DNA of 64,000 nt from Octopus bimaculoides (taxonomy: Eukaryota): assembly GCF_001194135.2 (NCBI RefSeq), contig NC_068982.1:744102-808101 (forward strand), written 5' to 3'. Both the position numbers and the translations under genes were made by a program. Positions within the stretch are counted from its first letter, which is position 1; every line of letters begins with the position of its first letter. Below are positions 36,791 through 49,120 of this stretch, in pieces. Below the pieces are notes generated by a model, which worked only from the letters and a program-made list of their open reading frames with translations, did not search any database and was not told the origin of the DNA.

Positions 36791-39354
36791 AGCGAAAAAA
36801 AACAAAATAAAATGCGGCCATATTTTAGACATTGCTCGTGCGCCAGCAGAGACTGAAATCAAATTAGAAAAGTAGTTGAAAGGGAAGTTGGACACATTGA
36901 TTTCCTTCGCCGGTTTGTCATTAATAGTTTCTGAACATTTTCAGCATTGCAGTTCTAGTTTGAACTCATACAAGCGTCATCGGTATTGGTAGAGTGCTGA
37001 AATAGCAGAGGATGCTTTCGTGCAATTATTTTCTTAGCTCCCAAGTTCTCAGTTGAAATATCGCTGATGTCTATTTTATTCAGCAATCTCTAATAAGCAG
37101 ATAAAATAAATAACAGGTGAGTATGAAATCCAGTTCAATCCTTACTTATTTCTAATCTTTTTTTCAGGGACCGAAAGGCGCAGATAATTATGTCGAAACG
37201 TTGCAAATATTGGTGTTAATCTCTGCTACATACAAAACCGATTATCTTTTTTTTCTGTCATTAAAGGGAATAATAGTCGTGACAAAGTTAAGTTTGATTT
37301 AAGCCAAAAGTTCAAACGTATTCTTGGCTAAAGGCTTTATATCTACAATGTATAATTTCAAGTTTGAAGAAAGTAACATGCATTTTTCATTTCGAAGACG
37401 AGATTAAGACATAGCTTTGCCATTATGACATATAAATGAGCATAGAAGACAAAAAAGTGTAGCTGCGGCTTTGGCATGGAAGATAAAAGAATAAAAAAGG
37501 AACAAAATAAATAAAAAAGGACAAAGAAAACGAAGAGGATGCACATTCACTCTCACATAAGGTTGTTTTTTTTTTATATGGATTGGGGAAGACGGTTAAA
37601 CAAACCACTGTCAAGCAATAAATAGATTATATAATTAAGCTATAATAAAAAGTATCGATTTTTTTAAAACTACAAAATCAATAAACTACAATTTGAGTAA
37701 ATTATTTCAGAAGATATTGTTGTTAAAAGCAATTCTAGGCTGTAGTTAGTAGCTATGAGCTAAAAGTACATAGATGAGGTATATATTAAGTGCATTGGCT
37801 TTTGGGATATTTTCTAAGCTACATATATAAGTTTTTGTTTGTTTGTATGAGTAATGTGCAATAATTTTGCGATTTGATTGTCAATATAATTAAAACTTTA
37901 ATAAAATACTTCCAAACACACTTTAAGCATAAAACTGAAAAAAAAAAATTTTTTTAAAATTATGATGTCATATCCGAGTATTTTTGTGGTGAGTTGTAAT
38001 TAATGGTATTGAACGATGTGCTACATGAAAAAAAAAAAAAAGATCTTGCATTTTCTTTTACTCAATGTTATTGATTTTAAAATTAAAATTCACATAAAAA
38101 TATTGACTTTTATTTCCGTATACAAAAACGATATATGCGAACTTAATATTATTCCAAAATCTTTAATCAACCTGCAACAAATGAAGCTAATCAGAAGAAA
38201 AGATCAGATGAAGATAAAAATGGAAAACTGAAGGCACTCTAAACTCGACACATTGAGATAATCACTTTAGATTGGATAATGCAAGCAGCTTAGCTGGAAA
38301 TCTATCAACTTTAATAAGTCATTATGTTATTGTTAAATTATATGTGGAATAATAAAAGTATATATAAAAATAAAATCATCAAAGAAATGTTGCTCAAATA
38401 AGCGAATTGGATGAATTGACATAAGTGAAGGACTGATGGACTGAATTAATTGGAAATTCCTTTTCAGTTGGAGAAATAAAACAGAAACCTAGCGGCAATG
38501 ACCAAAACTCTCAAAGATAAAGGGAGATAATTGGAAGAAATTCCGAAGTAATTTCACAAAATTAATTAGCAAACGGGAAGAAATATGACGTTTGCATGCA
38601 AAGGGTAGCCATTGACATATTTTGGACGATTTGGTTCTCCTCAATATTGCACAATATATTCACGCTTGTTTCAATCAGTTGAAAGAAAGTTTTTACTTAG
38701 ACAAACTCTACACCATTAATATTCTGCATAATTATAAAATGAAACTGAACTAATTTGAATAATAAAATGAAGTGACAGCATAAATTTCAATAAGCTTTCC
38801 ACAATGAACCGAATGATCTATGCAAAACATTCTCCTTTTAACGAAATGTCCGCCTTGGTTTGAACATGAAAACGTGTAGCCGACATTATTATCGGCAATT
38901 GAAGAAAATTGAAATATTTAGGAACAATTAGGAATTAAGACTTCAGTAGATTATGCTATGCAAATGAAATCTAATAAAATGGAAAATATTCGTAGCTGTT
39001 TGTCTGCAAATAAAGTGACATCGAATTTTTTTAACACATTAATAAACGATGCGAAATTATTTTCAATTTCCTGAATTTGCCTCTCCTTTGGAAGTCATTA
39101 ACAATTAGCAAGAATTTATCGTTAACGACTTTCAATGTTTTGTGAATGTTTTGAATAAATTATTCAGAATATACCGCATACTTTGTCTTTGGTAATTTAA
39201 GCCATTCCCCAACTGCAATTGTCTCCCAAGAAGACTCTTTTAAGATATTTCTTTCGTTATGGGAATTGGACCTGGAATCGTTTCTTCTGTTCATAAAATG
39301 CAGGAGTTCATTGTACAAACCCACATTGAGAATGGCGTCAATATTTTCCAAAAA

Positions 39355-39577
39355 AGGCGGCGAGCTGGCAGAATCGTTAGCATGCCGAGCGAAATGCTTA
39401 GCTGAGCTGTATTTCGTCTGCCGTTACGCTCTGAGTTCAAATTCCGCTGAGGTCGACTTTGCCTTTCATCCTTTCGGGGTCAATAAATTAAGTACCAGTT
39501 GTGTACTAGGGTCGACCTAATCGACTGCCCCTCCCCCAAAAAATTTCGGGCCTGGTGCCTAGAGTAGAAAAGAATAT
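39355..39577 (+). mobile_element. SINE family A, full length
   Basis: ggcggcgagctggcagaatcgttagca...gagttcaaattcc...gcctttcatcctttcggggtc...gtagaaaagaatatt. Confidence 0.9.
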
Positions 39578-39888
39578 TTATCAAAATTTTAGATAGACTG
39601 ACAGATTCGAAGTTATCTTCCATGCATGATGTTTATCGAAGCCGTGGGATGCAACTCTTGTGATTTTTTCCGTAATCCCATTTACGATATTCTTAACTTT
39701 GCTTTGAAACAGCCAAGGCTGAGTTCATAATATCTGCAATGGTGACACTTAATGTGGAAGTCCCATAAAAGAGAAGAATGCTACTGTTATTTAGCCCTAG
39801 GAAACACCGTTTCCAGTTAGCCATGACACATTTTCTATGTCATGTTTTCAAAGGGGGGATAAGCACCTCCACCCAGCAAAACCAGCAT

Positions 39889-39929
39889 CCAGAGACTAGT
39901 TTCAGAGTCATTGCTCATTATCAGTCTGG
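39889..39929 (-). ncRNA. Degenerate type-I hammerhead motif, left arm
   Basis: CCAGA-CTGATAA-T-GAG-CAATGA-CTC-T-GAAA-CTAGT-C-TCTGG. 5-bp stem I, palindromic stem III ACTAGT, GUC triplet; G8 is changed to A. Confidence 0.55.
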
Positions 39930-40136
39930 AGTCGCCTTTGAAACCCTATAGATTTGAAGTGAAATACATTCACTGATTTCGAGAACAGAAACATTGCATT
40001 TCTAAATCTCTCATAACATCACTTTATCGTGCTGCTACTGTATAAATCTTTCTGAGAGATTTTGAAATGCAATGTTTCTGTTCTCGAAATCAGTGAATGT
40101 ATTTCACTTCAAATCTATAGGTTTTCAAAGGCGACT

Positions 40137-40177
40137 CCAGACTGATAATGAGCAATGACTCTGAAACTTGTCTCTGG
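40137..40177 (+). ncRNA. Degenerate type-I hammerhead motif, right arm
   Basis: Same as the left copy except that stem III reads ACTTGT, so the palindrome is broken. Confidence 0.5.
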
Positions 40178-40382
40178 ATGCTGGCTTTGCTGGGTGGAGG
40201 TGCTTATCCCCCCTTTGAAAACATGACATAGAAAATGTGTCATGGCTAACTGGAAACGGTGTTTCCTAGGGCTAAATAACAGTAGCATTTTTCCCTTTCA
40301 TGGGACTGCCACATTAACTTGGCAACATAACATCACTTTATCGTGCTGCTACTGTATAAATCTTTCAGAGATTTAGAAATGC

Positions 40383-40431
<49 letters not shown>

Positions 40432-40859
40432 CCAAGGTAGCTCAAGAATATTCTTCCGTAATGTGCCGTAATGTATTGTATTATGCTGGAAGAATTGTAG
40501 AATTTATTAATCTACTTGGTCTTGCACAAATTATATCTTCCATGTAATTTTATAAGGATTCATTTGCTGTTTGTGATAAGATATTCCAGTGACGCCATTA
40601 AATGCAAAATCGATTTATTTTATCTTGATGTTGTTTCAATATGAATGTCATTATAAGTGAAATAATTTAAGGCCAAAATTAAAGCAGCGTTATCCTTACA
40701 TGTAATTATTGCTTGTGTCAATAATTACATGTATAAGATTATATTTATACACCGGAAGCCATTAGGTAAGTATTTAAGCATTTCAGCAGATTACTCGTCA
40801 TGCCTTTCCTGTAGCTGACAGGAGAGAATGCATGAGCACTTAAGTTTTGTGGAGTCAAA

Positions 40860-40937
40860 TATGAATATATATATATGTGTGTGTATATATATACATTTAT
40901 ATATGTATACATATCTATCTATCTCTCTATCTATGCA

Positions 40938-40982
<45 letters not shown>

Positions 40983-41019
40983 ATCTATCTATCTATCTAT
41001 CTATCTCTCTATCTATGCA

Positions 41020-41094
<75 letters not shown>

Positions 41095-41096
41095 AT
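40860..41096. repeat. (TATC)n tetranucleotide microsatellite
   Basis: Seen directly. Confidence 0.95.
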
Positions 41097-41332
41097 AAAC
41101 ATCTTAATAATACTAAAACTCTAGAGATGTTTGTTTGTACCCGAAATATCTCAGAAATGATAAATTTTATCTTAATTTTTTTTTGCATATTTATTTTCAT
41201 ATTTACCTTCGGCAGTGCAGTGCAAATTTTTGTGATATTTGGACGTCTATTTGTTAAAGAAAACGATTAAACACAATTTTTATTTGTTATTTCTCGACAA
41301 AAATGTTTTTTAAAAATGATTTTCAAGTGAAT

Positions 41333-41478
41333 GGCCATCTTCCACTTGGACTCTCAGTACTGTCATCTGGAGTTCGTTGATTTCCGTAAAATTTTTTATT
41401 TATTTACTTTTGTTTTAAAGTGAAAGAGAGGAGAAAGTGAAAGTTGTATGTACGTGTATATGAAATGAATGTGTGTGT

Positions 41479-41553
<75 letters not shown>

Positions 41554-41742
41554 GAGAGAGAGAGATAGAGTGAATGAAGCGGTGTGTTGTCATGTATACG
41601 TACATACATCATTACATATGTGTACATCTTTTTGGTATGTACATGTACATGTGCATGTGTGTATGTGTGTGTGTGTATGTGAAAGAGAAAGTGGGAGAGA
41701 GAGAAAGTATGAGTGAGTGGACGTGTGTGTTCTCATGTATGT

Positions 41743-41810
<68 letters not shown>

Positions 41811-41965
41811 GGTCCATTTCATATACGCGTTTATACATCTTTCACTTTCTCCTCTCTTTCACTTTAAAACAAAAGTAAATCAATAAAAAAAACTTTTGCG
41901 GAAATTAACGAACAAAACAAGCTGATCCGGATGACAGTTCTGGGAGTCAAAGCGAAAGATCGCCC
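41333..41965. mobile_element. Long-TIR MITE (about 630 bp) with a probable 9-bp TSD; Mutator-like
   Basis: Arms of about 150 bp (from 41333 to about 41480, and from about 41800 to 41965) continue inward as (GA)n versus (TC)n; flanks CAAGTGAAT (41324-32) and CAAGGGAAT (41966-74). Confidence 0.7.
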
Positions 41966-42126
41966 CAAGGGAATACCATTACAAACATTTTTTCGAGTGC
42001 ATTCAACGTATCTCAGTCCGAAAGATTTGGCTGCTATTTCTAGCACGCCCTGCTACCACGTAACAGCTATTTGCAGTATTGGGAAACTCAGATTTTCCCA
42101 GTAACCCAACTGGTCACGGGTAGTCT

Positions 42127-42163
<37 letters not shown>

Positions 42164-42192
42164 ACACACACACATATATATACATGTATCTT

Positions 42193-42250
<58 letters not shown>

Positions 42251-44195
42251 TACATACACGCACACACAAATACACACACATATATGTGTAGGCTTAAGTT
42301 TTGTTATAACACAATACATTACATAATCTTTACAGGTATTTCCTTAGCGAAGAGTCATTTGTTATGTATTAATCGTTAGGTGCAAAGTGCATAACATTGA
42401 AGCGCCATATTTCCAGCTGGGCAAAGTTGACGATTTTACTTTGACAACTACAATTTTTACTCCTGAGAGTAAATTGCATCATGACTTCATGGTTGAGTAA
42501 ATAGTAAGAGCAACGACTTACGTCTATAAAATTAATTACTTGAACAATATGAAAAAGTGAAAAATTGCAATGTCCGACCCAGTGGAAACGAGTGTAAAAA
42601 ATATTAGCAACAACAATAAAACAATATAAAATATCAAAATATAATCATGAAAAATGTCAATCACAGACAGAAAACTATTTTTTGTTCTTTGACCACTGTT
42701 GGTGAAAACTTTGTAACATGTTAGATATTTGAATGTGAGAAATTCGCATTCAATAAACTACATTAATTTGGAGAAGTACCGATTTTCTGTAGCCTGCCGG
42801 TTTTAAGACAATGCCATCATCTACCGTTGAAAACGGCAATTCATATTTTTAATATACACTCTCTTGTGTTGTATGATTTTAATATATACCCGTTGGTTTT
42901 ATGTGCCACTCATGCTTCACCGATCGTCAGAAAATATTGACGGTCGCTTGCAGTATGATGCGTTTTATGTATAAATTGTTGCGTTGAAAGGATAACTTGA
43001 ATGTCTAACAGTTCTTTACTTATTCCGAGTTCAGGAATAGTGTTTGTTTTCGTAATGCTGGATATCATTCTATGAAATCTAATGACAAGATTTGAAGTGA
43101 GTTGCATAATTGCTTCTGAGACAAAAAAAAAAAAAATGTAATATCAATATTAAAAGTAAACAACAGGAAATAGAATGACCTATAATTGTTTACGACTAAA
43201 TACTAAACATGTATTGACATAAAAGTCACAATAACGTATTCTTCCCGCTTCAAACAATAAAGGATTCATGTATTTGAGTATTTGCTTCTATCTGTCTCTC
43301 TATCTATCTATTCAACGAAACAGGAGAAATTTAATCCGCAAAACCCGTTTTGGAAGGAGGAGCCATAAATTAAAAATACGTATGAGGACATTAAAAATAG
43401 AAAAAAAAAAAAACAACACTGTATCAACATCGTTCAAGCAGAAAGGGATTTAGAAAATTTTGTAAAAAGAAAATAGAAATATTTAATAAATTTCTTATGA
43501 AAACAGAAAAGGAACGATTTTAGGAAAAAAAATTTAAATAGTAAAATAGTGTTCGCAATAAAAAAATGTTCTCTGTTATTGACAAGGAAGGGTAGAAAAT
43601 ATGATAATATGAAAAACAAACAGAAATAATGAAAATTACCATGAAAGCTTGTTGGGATTTGGATGGGAATATTTACAAGGGTTTTAAATCGATTTGCTTA
43701 GAAAAGATGAGAAATTGTAAAACCAAAAATGCAAGATAAAAACGAAATAATCTTAAAGAATTATCTAAATTATGGGAACGATTATGATTGGCTGCAGTAG
43801 AATATTTAAGAGAAGACAATTGAATCTAAAATAAATGTTAAAATATTTGTAGACAGAATACTGGGTAATCAAGGAAATAATTACTGTCAGAGAAAAACTG
43901 AAACATAATATTGCGAGAAGTGATGTATGTGCAACTTAGAGAGTTTGGAAATGATATAAGACAGAGGCAGCAGGAAATTGCGATTATAATATTACCAAAG
44001 AAGAAAATTTCGTTTTAATGTTATATTTTACAACAGATTTACTTTGGTAAAAAAACAAAAAACAAAAAACAAAAACTTATAATAATAGAAAAGATTCTAA
44101 TTTTGTATATTGTTATACAAGGGGACGGTCATATTTTGGCAAGTCAACACAGGCGCTATATATATTTTATCTTTACTTCAGCTATTTTATTTTCA

Positions 44196-44239
<44 letters not shown>

Positions 44240-44241
44240 AA

Positions 44242-44460
44242 AGGCGGCGTTGCTGGCAGAATCGTTAGCACACCGAGCAAAATGCTTAGCGCTATTTCGC
44301 ATGTCACTAGGTTCTAAGTTCAAATTCCGCCGAGGTCGACTTTGCCTTTCATCCTTTCAGGGTCGCTAAATTAAGTACCAGTCAAGTACTGGGGCCGATG
44401 TAATCGACTACCCCTCCCCCAAATTTCAGGCCTTGGGCTTATAGTAGAAAGGATTATTAT
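44242..44460 (+). mobile_element. SINE family A, full length, preceded by (TTA)n
   Basis: Aligns with the 39355 copy; tail gaaaggattattat. Confidence 0.9.
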
Positions 44461-44689
44461 TTCTTTGTTACACCTCCTGTGACCTCTTCAACGACCCGTC
44501 ATCCCATGTGTCTTCTCTTGCTTTGCTCAGTCCGTGATGTGTATCCTCTCCTGCACACGTGTTTACGCCTCTGTGTGTGTATGTGTGCTCGTGTCTATGT
44601 GTTTTGTGTGCGTCTATATGAGTTTACTTCCTACGCTGTTTGTACGAGTGTCCTTTATTTAGTTATTTCATCTATTCGTTTATGTATTT

Positions 44690-45081
44690 ATTCTTCTTTT
44701 ACTTGTTTCAGCCATTTAACTGCAGCCATGCTGGAGCACCGCATTTAGTCGAGCAAATCGACCCCAGGACTCATTCTTTGTAAGCCTAGTATTTATTCTA
44801 TCGGTCACTTTGCCGAACCGCTAAGTTACGGGGACGTAAGCACACCAACATTTGTTGTCAAACGATGATGGTGGTGGGGGACAAACACAAAAATTCATAC
44901 ACACACATATACATATACGACGGGTTTCTTTCAGTTTCCATCTACCAAATCCACTTAGAAGGCTTTGGTCAGCCTGAGGCTATAGTAGAAGACACTCACC
45001 CAAGGTGCAATGCAGTGGGTCTGAAACCTGAACAATGTGGTTGGGAAGTAAGCTTCTCACCACACAGCCACTCTTGCGCCT
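44690..45081 (-). mobile_element. SINE family B
   Basis: Complete reverse-complement copy. Confidence 0.88.
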
Positions 45082-45543
45082 ATTTGTTTGTTTTTCTCTC
45101 TCACTTTTTTCCGCTTTCTCATTCTGTCTCTGGATACATATTTTAAAATGCGAACATTGCATGTAAAATATTCTTAATTCAAATTTCCTTCTTATTCCCG
45201 ACTTTCAAAGAAAAGAGGACATAATTTCAAGGAATTAATAATCAATCTCTCACCAAGATTTTTACTGATTATATAAATTGAGAAATTACCTTTTCATTTC
45301 TTGAAATAATTCTGTTCCTTTGTTTGAATGACGCAAACGATTTTGTTTTTTCTCACTCACTTTGGTATCTTTCGTGTACGCCATTTTAGTACATCACCCT
45401 TTAACCTCGTTAGCTAAAATATCAATCTACATCTACTAACATTAAAATTGTATTTTATTTTGCTTTTTGAGAAATTTGAATATCTCATTGTGATACACCA
45501 GAGATTGATATTTATTAAATTTCTTTTTTCATTGGCTTTAATA

Positions 45544-45761
45544 CAAAAGGGGGCTGAGAAATTCCTGGCTTTAAGGGTGTCGCGAAAGGCCTGGTTGGAG
45601 GCCCAACTTCATAAGTTCTTTTACAGGGCTTTGAAAAACTGAAGGACCGCTGCAATAAGTGTGTGAATCTGAAAGGGGAATATGTTGAATAAAATCATAA
45701 TTCACTCATCCTCCTGTATTTTTCGTTTACCGAAAGCTAGGAACCTTTCAGCAAACCCTCG
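45544..45761 (+). mobile_element. Mariner-derived MITE (218 bp), deletion derivative of the family at 49121
   Basis: TA-flanked with the same TIR type; 45585-45761 aligns to about 50240-50413. Confidence 0.9.
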
Positions 45762-46411
45762 TATATTTCTCAAACAATCAGAAGCAGAAAGCACGCAGAC
45801 GATACTATCGAATAAAATAGTCATTGAAATAAGTGTTTATCTAGAAAAATCCATGCAAATCGACTGGATTTTAGAAAATCTATAGCCCTCAGTGCATTAG
45901 GCAAACTTAGAAAAGCTTAAAGATTTGTAGCTACAAATTTTGTCACACACAAAACCAACCGACCTCTCGTTAAATATCTCCCCGTAACGCGTCTTCAATG
46001 AAAGTTTGTAAAAAATGTGTGTGGTTTAGGGGTTACTGCAGTAAAATAATATATCCTTTGGTTTTTAGTATTTGTTTTTGTTTTAAATAGCTGCTGTGTA
46101 AGGTCCCTATACAAAGTGTTCTGTTTTGTGTGTTGTAATAATTTTGTGGAGAGATTGGGATACTCAGACGGGGATTGATATAATCTACGAAATATCATTG
46201 TTACTGAGACTTTTATACTATCTGCAATGTGTGCCATCGCTGTTTGGATAAATGTCAGATTTGATGGAGCAGACGTGTGATTAAAAGCGTTCCAACTAGG
46301 ATCTTCTTATCCTTATAGGATTATCTAGGAAAACATTCTCTTGCGCCCCTTTCATTTTATTTCTTGAAATTTTAAGGAGATTCCTTTGATATGTTTAGCC
46401 TGTAGAGCTAC

Positions 46412-46560
46412 CTGTATTTCTTTGCACTTTTCGACATCTTCTTTCGTTAGATTTACATCATGTACTTTGGTTACTGCAAATTATTTCTGTGATGTCTTTC
46501 ATTTCCCGTCATTTTTCTTTTGTTCTATTTCGAATTATTAAAATGCAAGTATTAGCAGCA
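46412..46560 (+). repeat. About 150-bp direct repeat, copy 1
   Basis: About 90% identical to 48521-48677 by eye. Confidence 0.9.
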
Positions 46561-46989
46561 AGGTTCACATATATCTACTTTAAAATGTTAGACTAGTTGG
46601 AGGTAATTCTTGGCGTTTTTATCAACTGTGGATGCCGCTCATTTATCTTGAATGTAGAGATTACTTGTTATTGTTGTGAAATGGCCAAAAGCGACTTAGT
46701 GATGCACTGGAGATGGGGCCGCAGATGGTTAGCTGTGCTGTTATCTCTCACGAACGATGGGATTAGTAGGAGAGGGTGTGTATAAAGGTACTTTTTTTCA
46801 TCACATGTAACTGTCGTGTTACTATATAAAAAGTAAATGACAAATGTGCTCTTCGTATGTTTTTAGTGTACTTTATTTAAGCTAGGCAGACTAGTGCCTC
46901 CAACAATTCATTAAGGTCAGTGGTTGTGCAAACGAAGGCAGAAATCTAAGTTCTCATGTTAGTTAGAATGTGACATATTTGGGTCGGCC

Positions 46990-48320
46990 ATATTGAAGGC
47001 AAGTCTTTCTTTAGGAAATGTTCGTAGTAGAGTAATGGGTCTGTGAATTGATTCAGTTGCATGGTTTTGTCAAGCAAACAGATTCTATGGCTTTTCTCCG
47101 TATTAGTAAGCAACAATAAGCTTTACGCCTAATGTATTTGAAGGAAGGGAGAGAATCACGATCTGTCAGAAGATGTGCAACTTTTGCTTTGTTCTGTTGA
47201 AGTTGCTAATTACTTGTTAGAGATTCTTGTGACTGATGCTCGATACAAATGCTTTTGCTAGTTTTCTGATTTTCGTTCATTTTTATTTTTGTTTTCTTTC
47301 CTCGTTTTCTTCGTTTAGTCACGTGATTTTGAGATATACTGTACTTTGTAGTGTTTCTGTAGTTGGCGTTATGAAGTACTTGTTTTCTATAGCTTTTAAC
47401 CGGATGAAAATTTCAATTGTGCAATTATGGTTGTACTTCCAGGTTGCTTTGCAAAATGCAATTTTCCTTTGAAAGGTTCTATAAAATTGTTTTCTTGAGT
47501 ATATATGCCTTATCTATATTGGTGATGTAGTGTTGTAGAAACTATTGTTTTGTTAATAACAATAACGTATCAATTCATTCTCCATACTTTGTAGCAGATT
47601 CGAAAATGAATATGCTGATCGTTGTTATTTTTCTTTATCAGAGTACACCTCCTCCTTTTCAACGATGTGCGTTCATATCGCGTGCGATTCATTGATATTA
47701 GTGGACACCGCGGAGTTTCGAATTTATTGTGTGTATTCTCAATCAACACTACTTCTGAATTTAACTTTCGCTTATAGAAATCAGCAAGCAAATTATTTGC
47801 TGGTGTGTACTAATAATGTCTGTTAAACCGGTAATAATCCATGAGGTGCATACAGAACAGCAAGAATCCTATCCACAATGTACCTATTCATTCTATTATT
47901 TGGCGAAAAGCGTTTCACCTTACTGATTGAAAAGTTGTGATGATAATAGACATGTAGTTCAATGAAAACTAAGGCGATGAGAGTCATATGTTTGCAGTAA
48001 CTAGGTTTCTAGAGTAGAAAGTAGTGTATAGGAATATTATTATACTTCGATTTGTTGGATGTGTGGGGGGATTTTGTCAGCATTTTAGGATTGAAGGCTA
48101 ATTTAGTTTAGGCGGTAATGAATCTCCTTTACTATCTTCTGTATTGTTTTTCTACCAGGATTTATTGTGTTCAGATGTTTCTTCCAGAGTGTGTTAAGAT
48201 ATTGTAGCTGGTGTTTCTCGTCTCACGTGATGGTGGTAGGTTGCTCTTTGTGATCATTATTATTATCGTGTTGACGATATTTTCAATGCCTTTATTTCAA
48301 ACATTGCCATTCCTATTTTT
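46990..48320 (-). mobile_element. Highly degraded possible Penelope-like sequence
   Basis: Only scattered weak peptides, KRFSPNNRMNR (cf. KHFP..H.L.K.FN) and QKLHI (cf. EKLHI). Confidence 0.25.
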
Positions 48321-48520
48321 GTTCAAATGGCGTTGATACTATTTTCTGTTCAACACGCAACGTTATGTCCTTTATTTAACGTGGTTTGTCTTATTTTGGG
48401 TATCATTAAGGATTTTAGTAGGCTTTGTGGGGCTAAAATTTCTTTGAAGTATAATTGCTTTGCACGATGTCATTGTGCATGCGTGCTTGTGTATATGTGC
48501 ATGTGTGCAGCGCAAACTGT

Positions 48521-48677
48521 CTGCATTTCCTTGCACTTTTCGACATCTTCTTTAGTTAGGATTACATCATGTACTTTGGTTACTGCAAATTATTTCTGTA
48601 ATGTCTTTCATTTCTCGTCTGTTGCTTATTTTTCTTTTGTTCTATTTCTACTTATTAAAATGCAAGTATTAGCAGCA
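48521..48677 (+). repeat. About 150-bp direct repeat, copy 2
   Basis: See copy 1. Confidence 0.9.
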
Positions 48678-49120
48678 CGACTTGTATTCTGCATCACATT
48701 GAAATATATTTAAGTGACGTTTTCTGTTTGTACAGGAAGCTTGTACGATGTACACTGACCAAGCACACGCGCATGGCATTCGTTCTTGTCTATTTGAGGG
48801 TGATACTGCACGCTCCAATAGGCTGTTCCCAATTGTATGGCATCCTGAACATACTGTACTCTCTCAGTTATCCCATATATTGTTATAAGCAAGTTGTTAG
48901 TTAGTCCTGGTCGAGCTGGTTTTCTATCAAAGCTAAGCAAAAATAAACTAATTTCTTCTTTGAATGCTGTCACCTCGATTACATTCTTATACGTGTTCAT
49001 TTTTAAGGATGTAGGGCGGAATACGTGGGAAATTTAGCATATAAACTTTAATATGTATAGTTAGCACGAAGAAACTGCCTTCTTATTTCAAAATGTCTGT
49101 GGATTCTGACGGTGGCAGTA

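Larger units (their letters stand above)
39749..40383. mobile_element. Hammerhead-bearing 314-bp unit in inverted plus partial-tandem arrangement (PLE pseudo-LTR or retrozyme-like)
   Basis: Arms 39749-40013 and 40053-40317 are about 97% identical inverted copies; 40012-40070 is directly repeated at 40326-40383 (period 314 bp). Confidence 0.7.

Noticed and set aside
43400-43900. Purine-rich tract resembling a decayed LINE (also 12300-12750 and 18300-18700)
   Set aside because: No diagnostic motif could be read
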